A stretch of DNA of 62,555 nucleotides, the filler included, from Asterionella formosa (taxonomy: Eukaryota): assembly GCA_002256025.1 (NCBI GenBank). It is 5 parts of 5 records of this genome, joined end to end, with 100 filler letters (N's around TTAATTAATTAA, not from the genome) between each part and the next. Parts side by side here need not be neighbours in the genome. Positions count along the whole stretch, not along the records: positions 25,093 to 37,523 come from NKIB01007538.1; 4 more parts are not named here. One strand, 5' to 3'. The notes below the pieces were generated by a model, which worked only from the letters and a program-made list of their open reading frames with translations, was not told the origin of the DNA and made no database searches. Below are positions 25,405 through 36,953 of this stretch, one piece after another. The position numbers and the translations under genes are program-made. How positions within the stretch are numbered: position 1 is the first letter of the stretch; the number at the start of each line of letters is the position of its first letter.

Positions 25405-26728
25405 ACATCACGAGCATTGAAGTAGCAACAGTCCTGAACATATGATGTTCTATTTGGTTTTAATTTTACGATTATATGATCCTAAAATTATGATGATTTA
25501 CTGTCCCACTGCAGTAGCAACAGTCCTGAACACATGGTTGTTAGTGTGCCTTGGCGTGATGTTTGTCATGCTGCCAGCTGATGCTGCATTTCTACTGAAT
25601 TATTGAACGACTATGCGAATCTTTATGTGCCAGTTGTTCAATAATTCAATAGAAATACAGCATCAGCTGGCAGCATGACAAACAGCACGCCAAGGCACAC
25701 TAACAACTCATGATTTACGGAGCCCTGTTATCATACTATGACATTAACACAGAATCAGAAAGCAACAATACTCAATCCTGGATTTCATCCGAATGCTCCT
25801 GAATTGAAAGGATTTGCTGCAATGTCAATTGAATCCTCGACTCAAATAAAAGAACTCTGCAATACAGTTGAATGGTGAGTGTGTTCTTGTTGTTTACCTA
25901 AATGCTAGTATGGCTTGTCAGCTCACGCATTGTTGTTGACAACAGGCAGGGACAATGAGGTCCGGAATGAACTGTGTGTTGCTTTCTGCTGTTGCTAGTT
26001 CTATCATATACATTACTGACACACTGTTGTTATGAAAATCTCTGCAGATCAATGAAGAAGTCATTTCTAGGACAAGAAGGAAATCAGTGTGTGAGGATGC
26101 ATTCATGTTGCAACTTCGTAGAATGATGCCTGTTCAAGAGTGAATAATTTCCCCCTTCTGAATGAATGGCTTCTCCTCGTCTTGCAATGTCCTTACAGAT
26201 GTCTCATAATGCCTGCCTTCTCAAGACTGAAGATTCCATTCTGATAGAACAGCTTTGTTTGATTGCATATCGAGATTTGTTTCCCATGTAATGTGAAATA
26301 CCGGTTGTTGAATTAGTAATCAACATTATTTGATAGTACTTTTAAATTACGTAAAAAAATTTAATACATTACGTGAACTATATTATACAATTACGTGAAC
26401 AAAAATTTAAGGCAATGTGAACGAAAGTACAGAATTACGTGAAGTATTTCAAATAATTATGTGAAGTATTTCAAATAATTATGTGAAGTATTTCAAATAA
26501 TTATGTGAAGTATTTCGAATAATTATGTGAAGGTGATCACATAATATAGTGATGATCAGGAATGCATGCATGATACTTTGATCAAATATTTAACGTGATG
26601 TATTCAGATAATATATAGATATATTCAACTACGCATTTTGATGTATTCAACTAATTCATGTGATGCATTCAAAATCAACTAGGCTTATTTACGTGATGGT
26701 CACTTCACGTAATACGCGGCTTAGATGT
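25405..26728. mobile_element. Non-coding insertion splitting the Copia integrase Zn finger
   Basis: Pol sequence resumes at ~25400 (PFKQIRCMAGTG). The insert begins acatc and ends gatgt, carries 22-bp tandem repeats and a long hairpin, and shares its right end with 12555-12759. Confidence 0.75.
26433..26532. repeat. 22-bp tandem repeat (aattatgtgaagtatttcaaat) x ~4
   Basis: Seen directly, preceded by degenerate ttacgtgaa copies. Confidence 0.9.
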
Positions 26729-27992
26729 AATGGACTCGCAAAAGTTGGGCCGTAGAAGTCATGGCATCCTGTTCTTCAATCTCGATGGGCCGGGCATTGG
26801 TATCATGGAAAAGGTCGAATCCGGGCTGGTCAGGAGTAGTCGCGAGACTTCTCTGTTGTTTCTCAGCCGTGGTCATCGGAAACTGAGGAACTGTTGTAGA
26901 CTTTGGTTCTTTCCACATGAGTTCCGCATTTTCATCAAAGTCATACGGGAGTGTTGAATCTTGCTCCTTTGCCTGACCATCAGACCAGATGCACTTATTG
27001 TCAGGAACAGTGTTTAGTTTAAAACACCTAAGCTCTGTTTTGAAATCTGTTTGCATTTTGAGAATCGCCTCATATATTTGATATCGGTTAGTCCCTGGGG
27101 CAGTTAGCAACGTAGCTACATTTGTAGCCGGATCCAGCTTGACATTTCGAATATAGAGATTATTGTCCCAGCACAGGGTCACCCTATCTTCATAGGTAGT
27201 GCACCATGCTCCCTTAGTTCCAATCCGACCACGGTTAATTTCTTTGCTCCAGTGTTGGGGTGATAACATCCTAAATGGGGCCTTGGGCGCATAAAATGTC
27301 CCAGGAATACGAAAAATGTGAACACGTCCCGTATCATCTTCTACTTTCCACTTAACTGTTCCCTTCAGTAGAACCGGTATGGGGCCTCCCACGCCACTTA
27401 TTTGGGCTCTTACCGGAGTAGGGGTACCTACAAAGTTGGTGCGACAATTGGTGACGCATTTAGAACAGCAATTGCCAATCATTAGTAGATAACTGTCAGA
27501 GTCAAATGGTCGAGGTGTGACTGAGCAACCTTGATAGGTGGTAGACATACTGTATCCCATAGGAGGGTGTGACGTTGCTGTGTAGGCCTGCATCATGGTC
27601 GGGCGCATTTTATGAGGGACCTTCCATTTTTCGCCCACATAAACCCATGATTGCCCATGGCGAGATTGGCACCGTTTTGATGATCGGGCCAGAGAGAATT
27701 CCATCTTTTGTAGCATGGCTTCGAAAATGTCTATACCATATTGTAACCCAGCGTAAGCATATAGTGGAATCTTGGAACGTTTTCGTTTTGGTATGTACTG
27801 ACTAGATGATGCAGAGCGCATAAAGGGGGTGCTGACAAAGATCACAAGAAACCATATACACCATAGGCATGCTTCCGATGACATCGAAAGGTAATCCGAC
27901 ACGAGAGTCACAAAAACTGGCCCACAGAGAATGAATTGATATAACCCATAGCTAAATAAGCTACTTAAAATGGTCATCATTCTCCGGCCCAT
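26721..27992 (-). CDS. Copia Pol N-terminal part (hydrophobic segment + aspartic protease), truncated by insertion
   Basis: FDSDSYLLMIGNCCSKC (catalytic D apparently mutated to G), GTVKWKVEDDTG and RMLSPQHW. Ends at QLLRVH, the start of the integrase Zn finger. Confidence 0.8.
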   Translation of the reverse strand: MGRRMMTILSSLFSYGLYQFILCGPVFVTLVSDYLSMSSEACLWCIWFLVIFVSTPFMRSASSSQYIPKRKRSKIPLYAYAGLQYGIDIFEAMLQKMEFSLARSSKRCQSRHGQSWVYVGEKWKVPHKMRPTMMQAYTATSHPPMGYSMSTTYQGCSVTPRPFDSDSYLLMIGNCCSKCVTNCRTNFVGTPTPVRAQISGVGGPIPVLLKGTVKWKVEDDTGRVHIFRIPGTFYAPKAPFRMLSPQHWSKEINRGRIGTKGAWCTTYEDRVTLCWDNNLYIRNVKLDPATNVATLLTAPGTNRYQIYEAILKMQTDFKTELRCFKLNTVPDNKCIWSDGQAKEQDSTLPYDFDENAELMWKEPKSTTVPQFPMTTAEKQQRSLATTPDQPGFDLFHDTNARPIEIEEQDAMTSTAQLLRVHYI

Positions 27993-27995
27993 TTC

Positions 27996-29264
27996 CTAGC
28001 CCGTGACTGAAACATCGTCCTCCCCCTGGTTCGAATCATCATCATCATCCTGCGACTCAATGATACTGGCCAAAGCGTTGGAGAGGGTAATCGCATCAGC
28101 CGATTTGTCCTTGATGGGTTTCTTCACTGGCTTATTGGTTGCAGGTGTTGCATTAGAATTAAGATTACACTCCTTTGCTGTATGCACTGTCCATGAAGCA
28201 TGGTGGATACACCAATGATATTCCTTGGTGTCCACAGTCTTCGTTTTGGGGTCATTTTCCTTAGGGGGAACCAATTTCCAGGCCCATTTCTTGGCGAGCT
28301 TAGCCTTTCTAGCTTTCTCCTTTTCTTTCTTGCCGTTAGGAGTGACATTTCGGTTGGCCTTGAAATATTCCAATTTGGCCGTGAGTGCAACAAGTTGAGC
28401 CTCCAATCTGACATCCTGAGCAGAAGGTAGATTCCACCTCTTAGACTCCACAAGCATCTTAAATTTATTGAGGGCAAGGTCCATTAGGGAGTCAGCATCA
28501 AAATCCACTCGCCCATCATGATACTGGTCCTGCTGTCCAACCATATAGTCATGAAAAACCTTGTCTTCCACGGCCTCGTATGCCGTAAATAGATTGGTCA
28601 AGAGGTCAGACGATGTTTCACCACGAGACAACAAGGCATCGCGCTGTACGCGCACATGTAGGTTGAATTTTTCAATGTCGCAGTTTACGGACAGGATGTA
28701 CTGGTCAAGCGCACTTAGAGTGCGGCGAATAGTTGCGACAGTAGATCGGGTATCAACCGTACACCTTGTGATAAGTAGCTTGAGGAAGGCGGCTCCGCTG
28801 GCAACCACATATGTAGGGGCGTTGGGAGATGCAAGTCGATATGTAGATGAGTCCGTAGACACCTTGAGCAATGCCTCAAGGGACAAAGAGTCATAGATGC
28901 ACGTGAAAAGCTGGGCACTGTTCTGTGCGTCACGCGTCTGAGTATGTACATGGGTGGTTGCGTGAGCAATAACATTTGCCATGGATACACGACCATACTC
29001 TGTAATCAAGTTGCGTCCAATGTTCTGGTCATCTGGAACAGTGAGGATGGACTCCCATCCAAATGCATCCGCTCTCTGCTGCAATGCTTGAAGGAAGAGG
29101 CGGAGAATACCAGTCTCACCGTCGAAGGTGTGATGAAGTTTTTCCGTGGCAGACTTGTAGAGTTTCATTCCCTCACTGGTGTTGTAATCGACAGGGTCTG
29201 GGTTTGCAAGAGCAGGTGTAAGAGCGAAAACAAACACCGCGGGGGCATTGATTGCTTGAGCCAT
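27996..29264 (-). CDS. Copia Gag
   Basis: Intact 422-aa ORF with the Zn-knuckle variant WCIHHASWTVHTAKEC and an N-terminal FALTPA..DY.TSEG.KLY. Confidence 0.85.
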   Translation of the reverse strand: MAQAINAPAVFVFALTPALANPDPVDYNTSEGMKLYKSATEKLHHTFDGETGILRLFLQALQQRADAFGWESILTVPDDQNIGRNLITEYGRVSMANVIAHATTHVHTQTRDAQNSAQLFTCIYDSLSLEALLKVSTDSSTYRLASPNAPTYVVASGAAFLKLLITRCTVDTRSTVATIRRTLSALDQYILSVNCDIEKFNLHVRVQRDALLSRGETSSDLLTNLFTAYEAVEDKVFHDYMVGQQDQYHDGRVDFDADSLMDLALNKFKMLVESKRWNLPSAQDVRLEAQLVALTAKLEYFKANRNVTPNGKKEKEKARKAKLAKKWAWKLVPPKENDPKTKTVDTKEYHWCIHHASWTVHTAKECNLNSNATPATNKPVKKPIKDKSADAITLSNALASIIESQDDDDDSNQGEDDVSVTG

Positions 29265-29305
29265 GTTGGGAGCAAGTCCACGAAGTCGATTGGATCGACG
29301 GAGAA

Positions 29306-29460
29306 TGTTAGACGGAAGTCTTCTTACGACGATTGTCGTTTTTGCGCAGGGGAAGCGTGAGGGAAACCGACGAATATCCGTAAATAAACGCAGTTTGTTA
29401 TAATCAGTAAGACAGTAGACACAGGGGAATAAGTCTAATTTTAATTATATGATCGTAACA
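29306..29460 (-). repeat. Putative 5' LTR (~155 bp)
   Basis: The minus strand begins TGTTA and ends TAACA, ~40 bp upstream of the gag ATG. No second LTR is visible to confirm it. Confidence 0.55.
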
Positions 29461-30128
29461 AGTATTTTGCCTTATCTAGAATAACCCAAGCCAGGCAAAT
29501 ACTCGCCAATAAAATGGCGTAAAACGAAGACCCATAAGCCTTCAGATATTCAGGAATGATGAGTGCATACATCGCACAAAAAGCCCATTACAGACGATAG
29601 TCCAATCGCCATCAGAACACCCTGAAGGAGACCTACAGATGAACCTCGAATGTCCACCATCACAAACACCAAGAACTTAAATCGGTGGCAAGTTACAAAT
29701 CGAATTCAAAATCATAACCCGAAAATCCATCAGATATCTCACATTACTACATTCCGCGTGACTGCAGCCAGCCAGCAGTTCGTTTGGATTAGGCTTTACG
29801 TAATACAGTGCTCTGGATACTTCCGGTTCCAGCACTCATCAAGGCTTTGTATGCTGCTGGGTTGGCTTGGCTTGGCTTGTCTTGGGTATCTCTTCACACA
29901 ACTGCAGCGTTGTGAACCAGCAGTTCAGCTGCTATTGCTATTGCCACTACTTGCAGGAGCAAGGGACAGTCAAATCCTGATTCATCATTAGAATCAGAAT
30001 TCAACAACACTGAGTTGGATCCAGCGACGAGTGAAACTACCAGTATTGTTCCTGACTTGGAGGCGACCTCATTTATTAGAAAAGACCAAGCTATGCTTGC
30101 ATGGCTGGTCGCCGGGATCTCAGTCTCG

Positions 30129-30420
30129 CTACCGCTTGTATGGTACTTGATGGATTCTGGAGAGAACCTCCACCCAAGCCCGGACTTTCATGCCAAGATG
30201 CAGTGGAGTGTTACCCTTGTCGTCTTTCATTGTTGTGACATCAGGACAGGCATCCAAAAGGGCCCTGATAACCACCTCATTGGCCCCTTCTTCTACTCCA
30301 AGGTACAACAGATTGTTTCCATAGTGGTGTTGCACCTTTGCAGCTTCAGGACAAGCTTTCAACTGGGCTTCAATAACATCCAGCCCAATAGGAATGAAAT
30401 GACAGTCCGAGAAAGAGCGA
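30129..30420 (-). pseudogene. Ankyrin-repeat fragment
   Basis: LKACPEAAKVQHHYGNNLLYLG..LLDACPDVTTMKDDKGNTPLHLG. Short, with degenerate flanks. Confidence 0.65.
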
Positions 30421-30797
30421 AGCCAACAGGTACAAAAATTAAATTGAAGTATCATACATATTGAGCAATGATCTGTCGGACGAATTACATCAAGAAAGGG
30501 TTGGCGATAGTGGTTGCTATCCAGTAGCCGACCCGGCGCTGGCTCACAGGACTTGAACATATACATGTGCTTAACAGTACGTGACGAATTAATTCAATGT
30601 TCAAGTAGATGTTCAAGACCTGGATACACGTGCTTTCTGTAGGCAATTTAGTTGGGGAAGACACTTCAAGGCGGCGAAAAGAACCAACCTGTAGTCAAGC
30701 ATGGCGCATCAATCACGATCGGTGGATACCGGTGATTCTAAACTATCATTACCCTTGTACTGGTACTCCCTAACCCTAACAGATCTGGATAAATCCT

Positions 30798-31253
30798 TTA
30801 CGAGATCACGCAGCAGCCACACATGGCAGCTCCATCGAAATTTTGCTTTTGAGGTAGCCCAACTTTGGCATTTTGTGGGGGCTCCTGTGCAGTGGCAGCA
30901 ACCACTTGGTCAACAGACACAGCAACTTTTCCTTCATTGACAGCTTGTTCAGCTTCATCAGTTGGAAGTGGAAAACTAACATCTTCGACAGTTTCAACCT
31001 CAGAATTCTCTTTTCCTTTTTCTTCTTTGATCTCAGTAGTGTTTTCAACTTTCATGTCAATTGGGTGACCACCAACTCTCTTGGTCAAGCGGACAGAGAT
31101 AAATGTGACCTTATTTTCATAATTTTCCAATTTAGTAAGCACATGCTTTTTGATCGCAAAATTCCAAAAAGTTTTCTCTTTCAGTGTTTCCTTGTCAACC
31201 TCTTCCAACCAATGGCACATCATACCATTCTTCAACAAATTTCTGGAAATCAT
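30798..31253 (-). CDS. Hypothetical protein (probably 5'-truncated) with C-terminal CaaX motif
   Basis: 151-aa ORF with an E/K-rich linker, ending MCGCCVIS*. Confidence 0.5.
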   Translation of the reverse strand: MISRNLLKNGMMCHWLEEVDKETLKEKTFWNFAIKKHVLTKLENYENKVTFISVRLTKRVGGHPIDMKVENTTEIKEEKGKENSEVETVEDVSFPLPTDEAEQAVNEGKVAVSVDQVVAATAQEPPQNAKVGLPQKQNFDGAAMCGCCVIS

Positions 31254-31299
31254 TCAGCCTTCCTGATGCTGTGAGTACCAATATCCTCCACCTCATATC

Positions 31300-31660
31300 C
31301 ATCTAGATCACACAATAGCTACTAGTGAAGCAGAACTTGATGCAGCCACCACCTTATCACAACATGTTTCGTGGCTATGCAGGTACATGGAAGATATGTC
31401 AATTTCTTATCATGATGCTACTGCCATTGGAGAAGACAAGAATTTTGCTCCAAAAATCATTGTGCATGCGAGCAAATTAAAGCGCAATGTACATCATATT
31501 GCTACAAAAAAGGCTTTGCAAGAAAATGTCCATATTGGGAGAGTCCATTTTTCCTGGGTTTTATCTGTTCACAATTTAGCTGTCCATTTTACCAAGATGC
31601 TCCCATATTCTATCCTTCATCCACATTGCATGACTATGATGGGATATCAATTTATTGATG
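31300..31660 (+). mobile_element. Copia RNase H remnant
   Basis: SEAELDAA..WLCRYMEDM..IGEDK..RNVHHIATK..NLAVHFTKMLP matches Ty1/copia RNase HI motifs. Confidence 0.75.
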
Positions 31661-32799
31661 CAGGTCATCTCGCACTCGCCCTGCTCGTGCGCCCTGCCAC
31701 AACAGTTCTTTGACGAGTTATGAATCAACTCTTTCCATCATGATGTGTCAATAGATGTCTGTTTGTCTGACAGTACCTATCTTATCTAATTATTATTCTT
31801 TGCTCTACACCAACTTAATCAAATCACTCTTTTAATAACCACACCTTCCAATCTCCTTTTGAGCTTCTTGTCAGGTTAGTTATCAGACTCCTCTCCTCTC
31901 TTGTCTCCTTATTCATCAACCTTGTTGATCTCCCTCATCCTCTCCTCCTTCATTGCATGCTATGGTCATAATCAATTTACCAGTATGCTTCTCATTTTCC
32001 CAAACCATGAGTATGGTTCCATTAGGGGGACTACCATACCTAGTATTAAATTCTCATCCAGTTCCCATTCACATGCATCCGTCCAAATGTACATCAGGCT
32101 ATTCACTGAAGTACCAGTACCGGCGTGGTACAATAAGAATATTACCATGAATTTAGAAACGGTAAACTATTTCATTTTCATATTCTTTCACTCTTTGCTT
32201 TACTCCACTCTTTGCTTTATTCTCTCATCTCTCTAATTCCTGTATCATTTTGTTATCGTACGGTTCGTGCACATCGAGAAACAATCTCAGTCGCCTCAGT
32301 GTTGTAGCAGCAGAACCAGTCACTCACAACCTGTCGTCACTAACCTCGAGCTTATTAAGCCAATAGTCGCATCATTGTTCATGGAACGCACATTTCATTT
32401 CGATGGAGCAACAACAGCAACAACCTCTGAAGCAGAACTATCAGCAACAACAACAAACACCAACAACTATTTCTAGTAGCACACCCTCGGAAACGTTACG
32501 ACCAGGAGCCTCACTCACGGCTTCAAAAGATTATCTGGCTGGAGATGGAGCTTCACCCATGGCTCCAGAAGTAATGGAAGTCAACAGAGCAGTCAAAGAA
32601 AAGGGAGTGACTGCACAAACATTTTTGGTAATGGTTGTCCTCGGCAGACAATCAAATGTGCATGACCATTAATCCACCAAGCAGTGAGTCATGGTTGTAG
32701 CAATGTTGTTTTGGATCAATTTTTTGCTATTATTCACATCATAAATAAATCCTTCTTCCCATGACACAGATATATCCTGCCATGATGATTACCTTGTCT

Positions 32800-33552
32800 A
32801 TTATCGATTCCTTGGCCGTGGCATGGGCCAAGCACTCTTTGATTGGCAACTTATGAAAGGACATTTGGTCCGTCATCTCTACAAACATCTGCTGGTCTGG
32901 CCAATGAGTATTACAAGTCTCTAAAGAAGCTCTCTAATATGGAGGATGTTTCAATGACATGTCTTGATTTCACTCCGCAAGGAGGTAGCCTAGAACTTAT
33001 TCCTGGTGGTTCTATGAAAGAAGTAACACATGAAAACATTTATAACTACTTGGAAGCTAACCCCAGCCAACTGACAGAGCTCCTTCTGGGGTTCTTTGAT
33101 GTCATTCCTGAGCCAGCTCTGTCTGTTTTCGATCACCAAGAGCTTGAGCTCTTACGTTGTGGTCTCCCTCACCTAGATATGGCTGATTGGGAAGCAAATA
33201 CAATTTATCTTGGTCTTTACGAAGACAAAATAGCAAGATCAATCACATTGTGAACTGGTTCTGGGAGGTGGTTGTACGAGATGACTTTGATCAAAAAACC
33301 AAGGCTTGATTGCTGCAATTTGTCACTGGAACATCGGGGGTGCCATCCCGAGGGTTTTCTGTATTGCAAGGAAATGATGGAAATATCAAAAAGTTTGCCA
33401 TTCATGGAGTGGATAGAAATTCCTGTTTTTACCCACAGGCACATAGATGTTTCAATCGCCTTGACCTACCTGACAACCAGTCAAAGAAGGAGCTTGAAGA
33501 GAAACTAAGGCTGGCTGTGACCACTTCTTGCATTGGTTTTGGCTTGGAGTAG
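32800..33552 (+). pseudogene. HECT E3 ubiquitin ligase C-terminal pseudogene fragment
   Basis: FDHQELELLRCG, VNWFWEVV, LLQFVTGTSGVP..GF and PQAHRCFNRLDLP spread across frameshifted ORFs. Confidence 0.85.
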
Positions 33553-33923
33553 CCAGAATGCAAACATTATGACTAGTTTCCCATCTTTTGTATGGCTGTA
33601 GTGGTTGTAAACACCATAAGCTGTCCATTTTATGTGTCGAAACATGATTTAAATAACCAAAATAATTAGGGTTAGGTAAAGGAAGGAGCTACAATGACGA
33701 TTATCCAATGACAATGAGGTGACTAATTAACTTGCCAAAAAGTAATGAGACTACTGGTATTTTGCTTTTCGCCTGATGCTAGGGTTAGGGTTAGGTTGGT
33801 TGTAGTGATAACATCTTCTGCAGCAATCTGCAATTTGTTTGGGCAGTATTCACAACCAATTTCCGATGTGCTGTGCAAGCATAGAGTACTGCACATTATC
33901 ATTCTCATTTGATATCAGATTCT

Positions 33924-34660
33924 TCATAGTGATTTATTTGCAGCAATTGTTGCTCTGTTGTTGTAATTCACAGCCAAGTTCCCAAGTATTGAACAACCAG
34001 ATTCTTGCGCAGTAGCATTCTTTGGATGTTCTTCCATAGCAGACAAAACTGTAGTGAATTCTCCTTCTTTAGCAATCATCAACTTGTTATTTTCATTATT
34101 CACAACGAAGTTCTGAAGCATAATGAGACCTTCTTCTTGCCCAGCAGCATTGACTAAAGAAATCATCATCATCATCATAGAAGGCATAATTGCTGTAATT
34201 TCTTCTATAGTCAAGTCAGTATTGACCTAGTGAATACAGTTCTTGTTTAGATTAACAAGTCCCTCAAATTTTGTTAATAAATTATCATCATGAATTGGAT
34301 TTCACTTGACAAAAAGTGAAATCCAGACTTTATGGTCCTTGAGTGCCTCAGCTATGATGGCCTTGGTACCCTCCTTACCAATTGAATTACCATTGAGATA
34401 TAGTAGCATACTGAGATCAAGTGCAGTCAAGATGGTATTGACCGTGAGGAGGGCCTCTGCAATGCCCTTGGCATGATCAACAACAATAGATTTACCTTCA
34501 AGATAAAAAAGTGTGGTCAAGACAGCATTGACCAAGACGGCCAGCAATGCAATTTCCTTGGCGCCATCATCACTAATTGAATTATAACTGAGACTAAGAA
34601 GTTCAGTCAAACTTGGATCATTTTCTTTCAACCATTTGACACATCTTTCCAATTCTGTTA
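33924..34660 (-). pseudogene. Degenerate LRR (RNI-like) + ARM-like gene
   Basis: LKENDPSLTEL..YNSISDDGAKEIA LRR units with indels, followed by the ARM-like VLSAMEEHPKNATAQESGCSILGNLA. Confidence 0.75.
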
Positions 34661-34794
34661 CTGTTTTCCCTACAGATGATAGTCAAAACAACATCAACAA
34701 CAACAACAACAACTTTCAATGAGGCATGTAATATCAATGCAGTTATATCTTAATCAATTTTTATCATGACTACATCAAGAAAACTGATAACATA

Positions 34795-36953
34795 TCACTT
34801 AATGTTCTTCCTCCGAAGTATTGAGCGTTTTGGCTGTTTTTCCATCTTTGTGCCATCATCTTCCTGCTGGTTTGCTATCATATTCTTAAGTGCGGAAATT
34901 TCTTCACAATGCAATGTTGTTTGGTCCTTCAGCTCATACATGTCCTGAGTAATCCTACAAACTTCATCCTTGTAAGCTTCACGATGATCTGCATACATTG
35001 GACCACCATCACTTTGTGGAGGGGCCTTCATCTTGGCCAAATCTTTTTTAACCGCATCTAATTCATGCTCAAGTTTGGCTCTATCTGCAAGAGAATCATT
35101 CAACTCATTATTCAACTCATTCAACCTCTTGGAATGTTGCTTTTGAGAATCTCTCAACCTCTTCACTTCTTCAGCATGGGAAACTTTCAAGGTTTCCATT
35201 TCCTTGAAAAGGAAACCCACATCAACTCCACTGGATCCTTGGATGATCAAGGCATCTTTATCACTAACCACTTTCGTTTTGTCAGTTACGCAGGATTTGA
35301 TGTCTTGATTCAGAAACGAACCATTATTTCCATTCATGGTAGTGACTGTATTTGGTAGTTGAATCTTTGGTAGTTTCTTAACTTCATCAATAGTCATGTT
35401 CAAGGTATTTGCAGCAAGACATTCATGCAGGTTTATCTCGAAATTGAAACTATCAAAAAGATTGTAGAGAGGAGTATCTTCTCCTGGCTTCATTATGTGA
35501 GCAAGAGCACAGTCAGCAACTGCACATCCTTTCTCCCTTGCCGGTGTGTTTGCTTTCTCAGCCAGCAAGAGCAGCATGGATGTCTTGAAACTCCCAAACT
35601 TGTCATCAATAGAGCCAAATGTTTTGTTAGCATGCAATGCCCGTACCATTATTCTAGCAAAGCACTCTACATCATACTTGTATGATACATAATTGTTTCT
35701 CTTCAGGGAAGCTAGAGTGGCAAATTCTGCAACATTAGCAACACCCAGCCACTGATCTCGACTTTCTTTGAGTTGAACAATCATCTGAAAGAAAGAACCA
35801 ATTGTATGCGCACCAGGTAATCGTATTTCATTCTTAACAACTCCGATGGCATTAGCAACAAGTGCACCAATTTTGGTATTCTTGATTTGCTCAACTTTAT
35901 TATTTCTAAGAAGTTGGATGATAAAAGAACGTACAGAACCATTGCTACCAGCTGCCAGCATGTTTGAGGAAAGACCCTCACAAGCTCCAATCATACAGTT
36001 TAGTTTGCCAAAAAGTTCTAGATAGAACTCACTGTATTTCATACAAGAAAGGATTGCCTTTTGTTCCTCCTGATCGTCAGAATCCTGGCTTGTTTTTTCA
36101 AGTAATATATTCAATATTTCCTGATGCTTGGTTGTGAGTTGAAAACTAGATGCTTGATTTGACTTCTTGTCTTCGAAAGATTCAATGAGAATCTTAATGC
36201 GTTCATTGTCTTCTTGCGTCTTTGCCATTAGCTTGACTAGATTCTCATGTACAATGTGCTCATTATCTCCTTTGTATTGGTGCCTTCCTGTTGTTGATTA
36301 GTTGAAAACCTATCTTCGACAATGGTATCAGTGGGAATGTTACTGCTTGATGTTAGAGTTGCTGGGGAAGAAGATTGTGCTGCATTTGTTGTCGTTGTTG
36401 ATGATGTTGGCTGAGTTGTGTTGGCTACTGTTGGTTGGCGGTTCTTGTTTGCATCAATGAGTTTGTTTATATCTTTTAGTAGATCAGCAACAATTGAATT
36501 CTTCCAGAGAGAAAGTGTGGTCAAGACAGTATTGACTTTGAGAGCCTCTGCAATTGCCTTGGCTCCGTCATCACCAATTGAATTATTATAGAGATCAAGT
36601 CTAGTCAAGACAGTATTGACCTTGAGAGCCACTGCAATGGCCTTGGCTCCGTCAACACCAATTGAATTTCTTCCGAGATCCAGTGAAGTCAATCCAGTAT
36701 TGACCTTAAGAGCCTCTGCAATGGCCTTGGCTCCGTCAAACCCAATTGAATTTCTTCAGAGATCCAGTGTAGTCAATCCAGTATTGACCTTTAGAGCCTC
36801 TGCAATGGCCTTGGCTCCGTCATCATCAATTGAATCAATTAAATTACCTTTGAGATCAGCTGTAGTCAAATTTGGATCATTCGCTTTCAACCGTTTGACA
36901 TATTTTTCCAATTCTGTTTCCTTTTTCCAACCAAATGCTCTTAGCATTGTCAA
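34795..36953 (-). pseudogene. LRR-RI (28-aa repeat) protein with uncharacterised helical/coiled-coil C-terminus; one in-frame TGA and one frameshift
   Basis: Repeats of NSIGxDGAKAIAEALKVNTxLTxLDL. The TGA at 36756-36758 sits where another repeat has W. A frameshift near 36250 separates the 477-aa C-terminal ORF. Confidence 0.8.

Larger units (their letters stand above)
25092..29460 (-). mobile_element. Ty1/Copia (CoDi-like) LTR retrotransposon, interrupted by an insertion and truncated at a gap
   Basis: Order is LTR, gag, protease, integrase Zn finger (RIPKCAACMYGK) and core start (GKCVSVDQMQSP..ATIFVDHFS). Integrase directly after protease is the Copia order. Confidence 0.9.

Noticed and set aside
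36756..36758. In-frame TGA as selenocysteine or an alternative genetic code
   Set aside because: It aligns with a Trp/Gly/Tyr variable LRR position, the same gene has a frameshift, and other genes here use TGA as stop. A nonsense mutation is simpler.
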